A stretch of 64,000 nt of DNA from Gaiellaceae bacterium (lineage in GTDB: Bacteria > Actinomycetota > Thermoleophilia > Gaiellales > Gaiellaceae). Numbering within the stretch: the first letter of the stretch is position 1; every line of letters starts with the position of its first letter. The position numbers and the translations under genes were made by a program. The stretch covers positions 802 to 64,801 of the forward strand of contig DATBBA010000002.1 of assembly GCA_036271235.1 (NCBI GenBank), given 5' to 3'. The notes below the pieces were generated by a model. The model did no database searches and was not told where the DNA came from. It saw only the letters and a list, made by a program, of their open reading frames with translations. Positions 25,100 through 34,323 of this stretch are shown here, one piece after another.

Positions 25100-26977
25100 A
25101 TGGACGCACCTCGAGTCCGACGGCGAGCAAGACACGAGAGCGATGGGCGTAAGGGGACGCCGTCCGCCGGCGTGAACGGGCCGTCAGGGCTGATCATCCG
25201 CCTCCAGCAAGGCGCCGGGAATGCGTCTGTCAGCCGCCTTCTCCATCCGTCGCCGCAGCGGGCGCTCTCGCGGTTCGTCGGCCCCGAGCACGAGGCGCTC
25301 GGGAATACGACGGGTGCCTCGATCGATCTCGGCAACGGGATCGTCCTCACGTGGGGCGAGATCGTTGCGCTCGCCGGAGACGAGTACAAGTCGCTCGACG
25401 ACCTCCTCGCCGACACGAAGGACGACGCGGGCAAGGCGCGCCTGCGGGCCGCGCTCGAGCACGACGAGATCCCGGGAGCGATCGCGGCGACCCTGCCGGA
25501 GCCGACCGCCGCGCAGAAGAGCGAGCACGAGGCGAAGTACATCCAGCTCGCGATGCACAACGTCGAGCATTTCCCGGACCACGGTGCGGCACTGGGCGCC
25601 TGGGGCAACTACCACGCGGCGGCGATCGAGCTCGCCGTCCAGGCGGGGCTCTCGAACGATCCGGCCGGGATGAACCTCGCCTACGCGAACGAGGCCTTCG
25701 GCGAGCATTTCCTCACCGACTGCTACTCGGGCGGCCACATCCGCACGCCGCGCACGGAGATCGTCGACTTCTACTCGGTGTTCGGAGCGCATGTGGCGGA
25801 GGCGATGGTCGACAACATCCGAGCCCGCCTGATCGAGGCGCTCGTCGTGGAAGCCTCACCACAGACATCGGTGCCGGACTCCTGGCTGCGCCACAAGATC
25901 AGCGGCCGGGTCACCCCGGGCATCGACAACGCCATCGCCACTGCAGGAGGGATGGCGAAGCTCGGCGAGTTCATCGGCCTCGGAATCGGAGGAGCGATCA
26001 GCGGCGCGATGCACGACGAAGAGGGCAAGAACGGCGTGCAGGTCGCGAGCGACGACCATCCAGAGACGTGGACGGCATTCGGTGACGGCAACCTCGATCG
26101 GAGCCCGGTGAGCAGGGAGCAGGCGACGAGGGCGATTGCGGAGGCGAAGGCGCAGGTGGACGAGGCGTTCGTGATCGGTGCGAGCGAGGGAGCGACGCGG
26201 GACACCGCCGTTGCCGTGCGCGACCCGCCCGCGGTGGTCCACTTCGGGTTCGACTCGGACGCGCTCACGGGCGAGGGTCTCAGCGCTGCTGACACCGCCG
26301 CCGCCTACATGACGTACCGACCGGAGACGGTCGTCCACATCGTCGGCCATACCGACCCGGTCGGGACCGAGACCTACAACCAGGGTCTTGGCCAGCGACG
26401 CGCCGATTCGCTCGCTGCGGCGCTTACGAGTCGCGGGGTCGAGGCGGGCCGCGTCCACGCCGACTCGATGGGCGAAGGAGCGCCGATCACGCAGGAGCCG
26501 AAGCAATACAGCCGCAACCGGCGAGCCGAGATCGGGTGGGGGTCGGGCTCGTCGTCCGGAGGATCAGGCTCGTCCGAGCCGGACCCGCAGCAGCTCGCCA
26601 CGACGCGCGCGATGGCGAAGGCGCAGGCGCGCGCCGACACCGGGCTCGTGCTGCGGTTCGTCCCTCGCCCGGTCGAGGAGCGTGAGCAGGCGAGCGTCCC
26701 CGGCGGCAACACGGATCTGCCCGAGTGGCGTTGGGGCAGCATGGACCACACGTTCCGCGACACGGTAGACACCTGGATTCGCGCCGAGGTCGGCACGAAG
26801 CTCGAGGACGCGCTCGACAAGGTGCCCGAGCTCGACGAGCAGACCGAGACGGTGCCGGTGACCGGAACGGTGATCCGTGTGCATCCGCGCGACCGCGCGA
26901 AAGAGCTCGTCAGAGCGCTCCTTGCGAATCCGACCGAGGAGCTCGGGAACCTCATGGGCGACCCTCCGGGCCCGTAG
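25100..26977 (+). CDS. hypothetical protein: N-terminal LQQGAGNASVSRLL leader motif, His-rich central domain, OmpA/MotB-type peptidoglycan-binding domain
   Basis: OmpA_C-like VVHFGFDSDAL..IVGHTDPVGTETYNQGLGQRRADSL..NRRAEI (about 26230..26540). Central NVEHFPDHG and GEHFLTDCYSGGHIRTP. No Sec signal. Confidence 0.8.
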   Translation: MDAPRVRRRARHESDGRKGTPSAGVNGPSGLIIRLQQGAGNASVSRLLHPSPQRALSRFVGPEHEALGNTTGASIDLGNGIVLTWGEIVALAGDEYKSLDDLLADTKDDAGKARLRAALEHDEIPGAIAATLPEPTAAQKSEHEAKYIQLAMHNVEHFPDHGAALGAWGNYHAAAIELAVQAGLSNDPAGMNLAYANEAFGEHFLTDCYSGGHIRTPRTEIVDFYSVFGAHVAEAMVDNIRARLIEALVVEASPQTSVPDSWLRHKISGRVTPGIDNAIATAGGMAKLGEFIGLGIGGAISGAMHDEEGKNGVQVASDDHPETWTAFGDGNLDRSPVSREQATRAIAEAKAQVDEAFVIGASEGATRDTAVAVRDPPAVVHFGFDSDALTGEGLSAADTAAAYMTYRPETVVHIVGHTDPVGTETYNQGLGQRRADSLAAALTSRGVEAGRVHADSMGEGAPITQEPKQYSRNRRAEIGWGSGSSSGGSGSSEPDPQQLATTRAMAKAQARADTGLVLRFVPRPVEEREQASVPGGNTDLPEWRWGSMDHTFRDTVDTWIRAEVGTKLEDALDKVPELDEQTETVPVTGTVIRVHPRDRAKELVRALLANPTEELGNLMGDPPGP

Positions 26978-27037
26978 CTACTTCCCCGGGCGGGGCCGTT
27001 CCGAGCTTCCGTTCACGTTTGTGCGGAGGAAGTAGCT

Positions 27038-27697
27038 TCAGTCGCCGTCGCTCTGCTCGAGATAGGCGAGCACGGCAAGCACGCGGCGGTGGTCGGAGTC
27101 GGACGGTCCGAGCCGGAGCTTCTGGAAGATGCTCGCGACGTGCTTCTCGACCGCGCTCACGGTGAGGAAGAGCGCCTTGGCGATCCCGCCGTTCGAGCGG
27201 CCCTCGGCCATCAGCTCGAGCACCTCGCGTTCACGCGGGGTGAGCGCGTCGACCGGGCTCGCGCCGCGGTGGCCGAGGAGCTGAGCGACCACCTCGGGGT
27301 CGAGCGCCGCGCCGCCGTTCCCGACGCGCCGCACGGCCTCGACGAAGTCGGCGACATCGAGGACGCGGTCCTTCAGCAGGTATCCGATTCCGCCCGCCGA
27401 GCCCGCCCCGGCGAGGAGCTCGCTCGCGTAGGTGCGCTCGACGTACTGCGAGACGACGAGGATTGCGACCTCCGGCATCGTCCGCCGCAGCTCGAGCGCG
27501 GCGCGCAGGCCCTCGTCGCGGAAGGTCGGGGGAAGGCGGATGTCGACGATCGCGATCTCGGGCCGTTCGCTCCGCACCGCGTGGACGAGCGCATCCGCGT
27601 CGGCAACGGCCGCGACGACCTCGAAGTCGTTCGCCTCGAGAAGCCGGACCATGCCGTCGCGCAGCAGCGCGAGATCCTCGGCGATCACGACCCGCAC
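27038..27697 (-). CDS. two-component response regulator, NarL/LuxR family
   Basis: Receiver domain (VVIAEDLALLRDG..IVDIRLPP) plus a C-terminal LuxR HTH (LTPREREVLELMAEGRSNGGIAKALFLTVSAVEKH). Confidence 0.9.
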   Translation of the reverse strand: MRVVIAEDLALLRDGMVRLLEANDFEVVAAVADADALVHAVRSERPEIAIVDIRLPPTFRDEGLRAALELRRTMPEVAILVVSQYVERTYASELLAGAGSAGGIGYLLKDRVLDVADFVEAVRRVGNGGAALDPEVVAQLLGHRGASPVDALTPREREVLELMAEGRSNGGIAKALFLTVSAVEKHVASIFQKLRLGPSDSDHRRVLAVLAYLEQSDGD

Positions 27698-29307
27698 GGC
27701 AGCTCCACACGAACGGTTGTCGGGCCACCCTCGGGGCTCACGACGGCGAACCTCCCGTCGAGCGCCTCGACGCGCCGCCGCAGGCCGATGAGGCCGCTGC
27801 CTCCGGGGTCGGCACCGCCGTGCCCGTCGTCCCCGATCTCCACCGACAGCAGCTTGCCGGTAAGGCGCACGTCGACCTCGATGCGGTTCGCGCCGGAGTG
27901 CTTCGACGCGTTGGCGATCGACTCAGCGACGACGAAGTAGGCCGCCGACTCGACCGCCGGCGGGAGCCGCCTGTCGAGCTCGACGGCCACGTCGACCGGC
28001 ACCACGCTGCGGTCCGCGAGCGTCGTGAGCGCCGCCCCGAGCCCACGGTCGGCCAGTACGGGCGGGTGGATCCCGCGGGCCAGGTCGCGGAGCTCCTGCA
28101 AGGCCTCTCCGACCCCGACGCGGGCCTCGGCGACGAGCTGCTGTGCGCTCTCCGGGTCGGACGCGAACCTCTGCTCGGCCATCCCCAGGCTCATCCCGAG
28201 GGCGACGAGCCGTGCCTGAGCGCCGTCATGGAGGTCACGCTCGATCCGCCGAAGCTCGGCGTCCTGCGCATCGACCGCACCCGACCTCGTCGCCTCGAGC
28301 ACGCCGACACGGCGTTCGAGGCGGCTCCCGCGCGCGACGTAGTTGAAGGTTGCGTGCGTCCCGAGAAGGACTGCAGCTGCGAGCATCGGCCAGATGGGCC
28401 AGAAGTACCCGGCCCCCGTGAGTGCCCAGACCGCAACGAAAAAGACGAGGAGCACCCCCAGGATGCCGGCGTGGACGGCGAAGCCACGCGTCAGTATCTG
28501 GCCGCTCCGGAGGCCCGGCCGCTCGTCGACGAGCTCGACGACGCCGTGGATCCCGACGATGAGGGCGAGGGGCAGGATCGCCCACTCGGGCCAGTAGTAG
28601 CCGCCGCCGGTCAGCGCCCAGATCAGCGTCAGGAGGGCCGAGATCGCAAGCCCGATCGCGGCGTCGAAGGCAAGGGCCCGGCGGCGCGCTGTCCGACTCG
28701 GCGCCGCCGGGACAGCGCTGCCCGTGTCGGACAGGAGACGGGCCACGATCCGGCCCGAGAGGGTGCCGAGCGCCCCGACCAGGTGCACCGTGCCGAGCAG
28801 GACGAGCGCGCCCGCGACGGCGAGGAGGAGCGATCGGCTGAGCCTATCCGCATGCCACGACCCGAGCTCGGGCGCGGACCAGCGGTACCAGACCGGACAG
28901 GTCAGGGCCATGAGGCTCGCGGCGAGCAGCGAGACCGTCGCCACCGCGATCGCGAACCCGAACGTCATCCGGAACGCGAGATACACCTGCTGCTTCCAGA
29001 ACCGAGCGTCGAAGAGCACCGCCTTCCCGCGGCCCCAGAACCAGCGCCCGCCCGACGAGAGCGACGGATGCGTTTCGACGCGAAGCAGGGCCCTCGCAAG
29101 GGCGGCATCGACACGCGAGAGCAGGCCGGCCGCACCGCGGAAGCCGACGAGCACCGGGATCACGAGCGGGGTGATCGCGAGCACGACGGTCGTCGTCCAG
29201 CCGGCGATGAAGAGCGCGAGCGCGGCCGCTGCCATGGGGACGGCCGCGATCAGGAAGGCGAGTGCACGGTAGGTGTCGCCTCGGAGAAAGGGCTTCAGGA
29301 GTCTCAT
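27685..29307 (-). CDS. sensor histidine kinase (HisKA_3 / NarX-DesK type) with polytopic N-terminal sensor
   Basis: H-box RIERDLHDGAQARL and an HATPase_c C-terminus. Repeated LTGGGYYWPEW / LTGAGYFWPIW two-TM units. I prefer ATG 29307 (MRLLKPF..). 13-nt overlap with the regulator gene. Confidence 0.85.
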   Translation of the reverse strand: MRLLKPFLRGDTYRALAFLIAAVPMAAAALALFIAGWTTTVVLAITPLVIPVLVGFRGAAGLLSRVDAALARALLRVETHPSLSSGGRWFWGRGKAVLFDARFWKQQVYLAFRMTFGFAIAVATVSLLAASLMALTCPVWYRWSAPELGSWHADRLSRSLLLAVAGALVLLGTVHLVGALGTLSGRIVARLLSDTGSAVPAAPSRTARRRALAFDAAIGLAISALLTLIWALTGGGYYWPEWAILPLALIVGIHGVVELVDERPGLRSGQILTRGFAVHAGILGVLLVFFVAVWALTGAGYFWPIWPMLAAAVLLGTHATFNYVARGSRLERRVGVLEATRSGAVDAQDAELRRIERDLHDGAQARLVALGMSLGMAEQRFASDPESAQQLVAEARVGVGEALQELRDLARGIHPPVLADRGLGAALTTLADRSVVPVDVAVELDRRLPPAVESAAYFVVAESIANASKHSGANRIEVDVRLTGKLLSVEIGDDGHGGADPGGSGLIGLRRRVEALDGRFAVVSPEGGPTTVRVELPCGS

Positions 29308-29599
29308 CGCACGGCCTCGCTTCCGTCGGGATTGTCGCACCCACGGTGCCCGCCACCGGGCCGGCTCACAACGGGGCCACCTGGCCTCAGGGGGTGGGGC
29401 TGTCCGCAGCGGAGCTTGGGGCTGTGCAGCAATCGATGCCCGACGCCGCAAGTTCGGGAAGCTCAGCGTGGTCGATCCGTGGATGGCGGGCGCCGCACCC
29501 GGGCGGTGTCAATCGCGGGCCCATCGCAAGCTCGGGGATGGTGTCTGACGCTGCGGAGCGGCCGCATCAGCCTTGCGGTCATTTGCGGCGCAGCAACCG

Positions 29600-30163
29600 T
29601 TACGGAGGGCCGGTCGAGACGCCGGCGTCCGGCGCGAGCTGGGTTCCCGGACAGGCACCCCAGAGCCCTTTGCGCGCTGCGCGTGCGGTGCCCGCGTCGC
29701 GGTCGAGGACGTCGGCGTACTCGCCGCGGACGCCTTCGAAGAAGTAGGGCGCCGCCGCGCCGTCGGCCACGAGCCGGAGATTCACGTCGAGCCCGTCCGG
29801 GCGCACGACGTAGCGCAGCAGCCTGCCGTAGACATCCGTCGCGTCGGTCGCAGGATCCCGGATCAGCTTCACGAGCGATCCCTTCGGAAGCAGCCGCTTC
29901 GTCTCGGCGCTTGCCTGCTCTCCGAAGCACTCGGCCTGGAAGTAGACCTCGGGCGTGTCGATCTGGACGAGTCTCACGGTCTCGCCTCCCCGGACGACGA
30001 TCGTGTCGCCGTCGGCAACGTGGTCGACGACCTGCCAGCCCGCCGTGCTGGACGAGCCGCGGGAATGCCGGAGTACGACGAGGAGCCCGATCCCGGCCGC
30101 AACGGCCACGAGCAGCACGGCAAACAGGGTCGGGAATCGCTTTGCGGGGGAGGGATGCTGCAT
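29600..30163 (-). CDS. membrane-anchored thermonuclease (staphylococcal nuclease-like)
   Basis: N-terminal TM helix FPTLFAVLLVAVAAGIGLLVVL followed by DGDTIVV..VRLVQIDTPE..YGRLLRYV..GLW SNase motifs. Confidence 0.8.
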   Translation of the reverse strand: MQHPSPAKRFPTLFAVLLVAVAAGIGLLVVLRHSRGSSSTAGWQVVDHVADGDTIVVRGGETVRLVQIDTPEVYFQAECFGEQASAETKRLLPKGSLVKLIRDPATDATDVYGRLLRYVVRPDGLDVNLRLVADGAAAPYFFEGVRGEYADVLDRDAGTARAARKGLWGACPGTQLAPDAGVSTGPP

Positions 30164-30588
30164 CGTTTCCGACGATAGAGACAGATCCCTCGTTGCGTAA
30201 GTCGCTCTTTCGGACAGCACCTTCGGTTGCCGGCTACGACCTCACGATTCCGGGGAAGCATCCGGCCGCGACCGGGTTCAGCGGAGCCCAGGTCACGTTC
30301 GGCGCCCGGTGCGTGGCGGGCGGAGCGTGTTCAACGAGGGTTCGACATCCTCGATGCCCTACACGGTCGTTGGCACGAACACGGGCACGGCCGATGCACC
30401 TGCCGAGACCGTGACCGATCTTCAGCCCGCGAATGTCGCTTCGTTCGCGTGGATCGCCACGACTTCGGGTGGCGCAGCCGTTGCTTCGAGCTTCGGTCCC
30501 GGATCGATCCCGCCGGCGATGCGACGCCCGTGAACAACACGACGCCGGACACGGATTTCGTCGTCGTCTTCTGAGGCCCAGTCAGGGT

Positions 30589-30620
30589 CTTGCGGTCCGG
30601 TTGGTGTGCCGGACCGCAAG
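30589..30620. terminator. perfect 12-bp stem hairpin
   Basis: CTTGCGGTCCGG-ttggtgtg-CCGGACCGCAAG, in a 440-bp gene-poor gap. Confidence 0.5.
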
Positions 30621-30625
30621 TTCCG

Positions 30626-30647
30626 GCCGGCTGCGAAGAAAGCCGGC
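30626..30647. terminator. second hairpin, just downstream of the minus-strand anti-sigma stop
   Basis: GCCGGCT-gcgaagaa-AGCCGGC, 13 nt from the TAG at 30660..30662. Confidence 0.4.
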
Positions 30648-30659
30648 GCCTGCAGGTTT

Positions 30660-31499
30660 CTAGGCGCCGCTGCCCGAGGTTCCCGCCGCCGGCGGAGCCG
30701 GAGCGAGCGGCAGGGCCGTCGTTCCGACCGTCGCGCCCGAAGCCGACTGCTCGACGATCGAGGCTCCGCCGGAGGTCGCACCGGCGGGGAGCGTGAGCAG
30801 GAACCAGCCCTCGTCGGTCGCTGCGTGGCCGATCACCGCGCCGGTCGAGTCCACGACCTCGATGCTCGCCACGCTGCTTCGCACCTGCCCGAACACCGTC
30901 GCGGCGCCGCTTGCGTCGAGCTCGGCCTGCATGCTCCCGCCGCCTGGGAGGGGGCCGCTGCCCATCGACATCGACCCACCGGCGGGCGCCGAGGCGGACC
31001 CTCCTCCGCCGCTCGCGACGCCCATGCGGCCACCGCCGGGGAGGCTGACCTCGCAGCTGATCGGCCCGGAGTCGGCCGGTGCGCCGGTCGCGTCGAGATG
31101 GCGTAGGTACGCGCACGTTCCGCCGCCGGTTGTCGGCGCCGTCCACAGCTCCACGGTGCCGCCGCCGGACGTCGGCGCCGACGTCCGCTCGATTGCCTGG
31201 TCGATCTGCGGGGTGAGGGCTGCGTCCGGCGTGTGAGCGGCGGCGAGGCCGAGTGCCTGCTGGACATCGTCGGGGATCAACCCGGTGGCGCCCGCCGTTC
31301 CCACTGCGACGACGAGGGCGAAGGCGATCCCGAGCACCACGGCGCGGGGTCGCCGTAGACGCGGCAGCTTGCGGGGGGCGCCGGTTGGTGCCTGAGCGAG
31401 TGTTGCCATGAATGAGGTCCTTTCCTGGAGCTGAAGGGCGTCGGTCGGACCGGCGGCCTCCGGCCGGAAGGAGCGGAGTGAGTCGAGCTCGTCGTTCAT
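30660..31499 (-). CDS. putative anti-sigma factor / single-pass membrane protein
   Basis: ATG 31499 overlaps the sigma-factor TGA (ATGA). One TM helix (AVVLGIAFALVVAVGTAGATG) and a Gly/Ser-rich extracytoplasmic part. Confidence 0.6.
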   Translation of the reverse strand: MNDELDSLRSFRPEAAGPTDALQLQERTSFMATLAQAPTGAPRKLPRLRRPRAVVLGIAFALVVAVGTAGATGLIPDDVQQALGLAAAHTPDAALTPQIDQAIERTSAPTSGGGTVELWTAPTTGGGTCAYLRHLDATGAPADSGPISCEVSLPGGGRMGVASGGGGSASAPAGGSMSMGSGPLPGGGSMQAELDASGAATVFGQVRSSVASIEVVDSTGAVIGHAATDEGWFLLTLPAGATSGGASIVEQSASGATVGTTALPLAPAPPAAGTSGSGA

Positions 31500-32107
31500 G
31501 TCGATGTGGCCTCCTTCGGGATCGGAATGTGCCGGTCGTCGAGGGTTCTCCCGTTCGGATCGAGAAGTTCCCGGAGGCGCGCCTTCGCGCGGTGGAGCTT
31601 GGAGCGAACGGTGCCGAGCGGCAGCTCGAGCACTGCCGCCGCCTCCTCGTAGGAGAGCCCGTCCCACGCGACGAGCAGGAGGAGCTCCCTGTCGGTGTCC
31701 GACAGCGTCAGGAGCGCCGCGCGCATCTTCGCCCAGTCGGCGGGCGCGTCGAGCCTCCTGTCGGCCTGGTGGAGATCGCGTTCGTGATCCGCCGTGCGGA
31801 CGTCCGCCGAGACTCGCTCGACGGCCGCGAGATACCGCACGAACCGGCGCCGCTCGTGAAGGATCAGCTTCGACGCGATCCCGTACAGCCACGGGAGCGC
31901 ATCGATCGCTTCGGCCCGGAAGGATCGACGTTTGGCAAACGCCCGCGCGAACGTCTCGGACGCAACCTCCGCCGCCTGGTCGTGCCCGACTCGCCGCTCG
32001 GCGAAGCGGAACACGGTTGCGAAGTGCCGGTCGAAGATCTCGGCGAACCGCTCGGGCTCGGCCAGAGAGCTCGCGATCACCGACGCGTCGTCTGTGGCAT
32101 GCGCCAT
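31496..32107 (-). CDS. ECF (group 4) RNA polymerase sigma factor
   Basis: Region 2 (FDRHFATVFRFAERRV..) and region 4 (LLLLVAWDGLSYEEAAAVLELPLGTVRSKLHRAKARL). The start is ambiguous: ATG 32107 or ATG 32143. Confidence 0.85.
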   Translation of the reverse strand: MAHATDDASVIASSLAEPERFAEIFDRHFATVFRFAERRVGHDQAAEVASETFARAFAKRRSFRAEAIDALPWLYGIASKLILHERRRFVRYLAAVERVSADVRTADHERDLHQADRRLDAPADWAKMRAALLTLSDTDRELLLLVAWDGLSYEEAAAVLELPLGTVRSKLHRAKARLRELLDPNGRTLDDRHIPIPKEATST

Positions 32108-32226
32108 CGAGAGCTCTTTGCCGGTGCGGCCAAAAAGTTCCATCTCGAGATCGTGCCGGTCAGGAGGCGCTGTCGCCTCCCACCACCCTCGGCGCCGGCT
32201 CGGCGTTCGTGACGAGAATCCGGCGC

Positions 32227-32916
32227 ATGGGGAATGTCGAGGCTCTGGCCCGGGTCGAGCGGGACATCGTCGAGTGCAGGCGCTGCCCGCGGCTTGTCGC
32301 GTATCGGGAGGCGGTCGCGGCCGCACCGCGAGCGTCCTACGCGGGTGAGCGCTACTGGGGCCGCCCGATACCGGGATTCGGCGACCCGCAGGCGCGGGTG
32401 CTCCTGCTCGGGTTGGCGCCGGCGGCCCACGGAGGCAACCGCACCGGCCGCGTCTTCACCGGCGATCGTTCCGGCGACTTCCTCTTCGCGGCCCTCCATC
32501 GTGCGGGATTCGCCTCGCAGCCGACGTCGGTCTCCCGTGACGACGGGTTGGAGCTCAGCGGCTGTTTCATCTCGGCTGCTGTGCGCTGTGCGCCGCCGGC
32601 GAATCGCCCGACGCCGGCCGAGCGCGACAACTGCCTCCCGTGGGCGTCGGCCGAGCTCGCGCTGCTCGAGCGCCTGCGGGTCGTGGTCTGCCTCGGCGGG
32701 TTCGCGTGGGACGCGGCGCTCCGTCTGCTTGTAGTGGACGGGCACGAACTGCCGCGCCCGCGCCCACGGTTCGGCCACGGAAGCGAATGGGCCGGGGAGC
32801 GCTTGACGCTCCTCGGCAGCTACCACCCGAGCCAGCAGAACACGTTCACGGGAAGGCTCACGCCGACGATGATCGACGCCGTGCTCGCACGGTCGCGAAC
32901 GCTTGCGGAGCGATAG
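32227..32916 (+). CDS. uracil-DNA glycosylase superfamily protein, family 4/5 (UdgB-like, Fe-S type)
   Basis: CRRCPRL Cys cluster and motif A LLLGLAPAAHGGNRTGRVFTGDRSG. C-terminal SYHPSQQN. Confidence 0.8.
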   Translation: MGNVEALARVERDIVECRRCPRLVAYREAVAAAPRASYAGERYWGRPIPGFGDPQARVLLLGLAPAAHGGNRTGRVFTGDRSGDFLFAALHRAGFASQPTSVSRDDGLELSGCFISAAVRCAPPANRPTPAERDNCLPWASAELALLERLRVVVCLGGFAWDAALRLLVVDGHELPRPRPRFGHGSEWAGERLTLLGSYHPSQQNTFTGRLTPTMIDAVLARSRTLAER

Positions 32917-32931
32917 CCACCCGTTCTGTGC

Positions 32932-32960
32932 TTGACGGCCCGATGGTCTGGCCGTAGCCT
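32932..32960 (+). promoter_or_regulatory. candidate promoter upstream of rsgA leader
   Basis: TTGACG-17 nt-TAGCCT. Confidence 0.4.
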
Positions 32961-33115
32961 TCGATCGTCCGGTTCCCGCGAAGAGGAGGTTCACAACGTG
33001 ACTGTGCTCGCAGCCTCCTTGGTCTTCTCGACCGACTAGCCGCGCGACGGACGTAGCTCCCTTTCGGAGACGGCCGCCGCGCCGTCCCGTCTTCTCATCC
33101 CGAAAGGAGCATCTC

Positions 33116-34141
33116 TTGTCCGAGTTCGATCTCGGTGCGCTCGGGTGGACACCGGAGCTCGCCGACAACTTGCAGACCGGTCTCGTGCCGGGTCGCGTGG
33201 TCGCGGCCCATCGCGCTGCGTTCGACGTGCAGACGTCTGAGGGGATCGTCCGCACCCGTCTGCCGGGGCGGCTGATGCACGAGAGCGTCGAGGTTGCGGT
33301 GGGCGACTGGGTGGGGCTCGGAGACGGGCTCGTGCGGGCCGTGCTTCCACGTCGTAGCGCGATCGTCAGGAAGGCCGCCGGACAGACCTCGGCACCCCAG
33401 ACCCTTGCCGCGAACGTCGATCTCGCGTTCATCGTCTCGTCGCTCGGCCCGGATCTCGAGCCTCGCCGGATCGAGCGCTATCTCGTCACCATCTGGGAGA
33501 GCGGCGCGTTGCCCGAGATCGTGCTGACGAAGGCCGACCGCTTCGACGATCCGTCGGAGCTGGTGGCGTCCGTCGAGGCGGTCGCGGTCGGCGTTCCCGT
33601 ACACGTGGTCTCGTCGGTGACCGGGTACGGCGTCGAGGAGCTGAGCGCCCGCGTGAGAGCCGGCGGCACAGCCGTGCTGATCGGTTCCAGCGGCGTTGGC
33701 AAGTCGACGCTCGTCAATCGCTGGGTCGGCAGTGAGCTGATGGCGACGAGCGAGACGCGCGAGGACGACGACGAGGGCCGTCACACGACGAGCCATCGCG
33801 AGCTGATCGTGCTCCCGGGCGGCGGCGTCGTGATCGATACGCCCGGGATCCGCGAGCTCCAGCTGTGGGACGGGGGCGTCGAAGAGGCCTTCGCCGACGT
33901 CGAAGACCTGGCGCTGCTCTGCCAGTTCAGCGACTGCTCGCACAACACCGAGCCCGGCTGTGCCGTGAAGGCGGCGCTCGCCTCCGGTGAGCTGTCGCAC
34001 GAACGCCATGCGAGCTGGCTGAAGCTCCAACGCGAGCTCAGGGCGATCGCCGTCCGCGCGGACGCGCAGCTCCGGCGCGAGGAGAAACAGAAGTGGCAGC
34101 TGAGAACCCGCGATGCCCGGGCCCGCACCCGGCATCGATGA
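33116..34141 (+). CDS. rsgA: ribosome small-subunit-dependent GTPase A
   Basis: Circularly permuted GTPase motifs (LTKADR.., GSSGVGKSTLVN, DTPG), N-terminal OB fold, C-terminal zinc knuckle CQFSDCSHNTEPGC. TTG start with GAAAGGAG SD. Confidence 0.9.
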   Translation: MSEFDLGALGWTPELADNLQTGLVPGRVVAAHRAAFDVQTSEGIVRTRLPGRLMHESVEVAVGDWVGLGDGLVRAVLPRRSAIVRKAAGQTSAPQTLAANVDLAFIVSSLGPDLEPRRIERYLVTIWESGALPEIVLTKADRFDDPSELVASVEAVAVGVPVHVVSSVTGYGVEELSARVRAGGTAVLIGSSGVGKSTLVNRWVGSELMATSETREDDDEGRHTTSHRELIVLPGGGVVIDTPGIRELQLWDGGVEEAFADVEDLALLCQFSDCSHNTEPGCAVKAALASGELSHERHASWLKLQRELRAIAVRADAQLRREEKQKWQLRTRDARARTRHR

Positions 34142-34323
34142 GCGCGGTCGCTGCGTTCGGCATCGCCGTCGCGATCGTCCGGTAGTCGAGGTCGCCGGAG
34201 TACCGAAGGACGAGCTCCAAGCGCTGCCGCTCGGCCAGGTCCGGGGGCAGCCGTGCCGCCTCGCCACCGGTCGAGAGGCTCTCCGGTGGTGTGGTCTCGC
34301 TTCAGTGGACGGTCGCCCGCGCG

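Noticed and set aside
26977-27036. 9-bp inverted repeat GCTACTTCC ... GGAAGTAGC spanning the convergent intergenic region after the OmpA-domain gene.
   Set aside because: The arms are separated by 42 nt, and the inner CCCC/GGGG stem is too short. It may help termination, but the evidence is too weak to call it a terminator.
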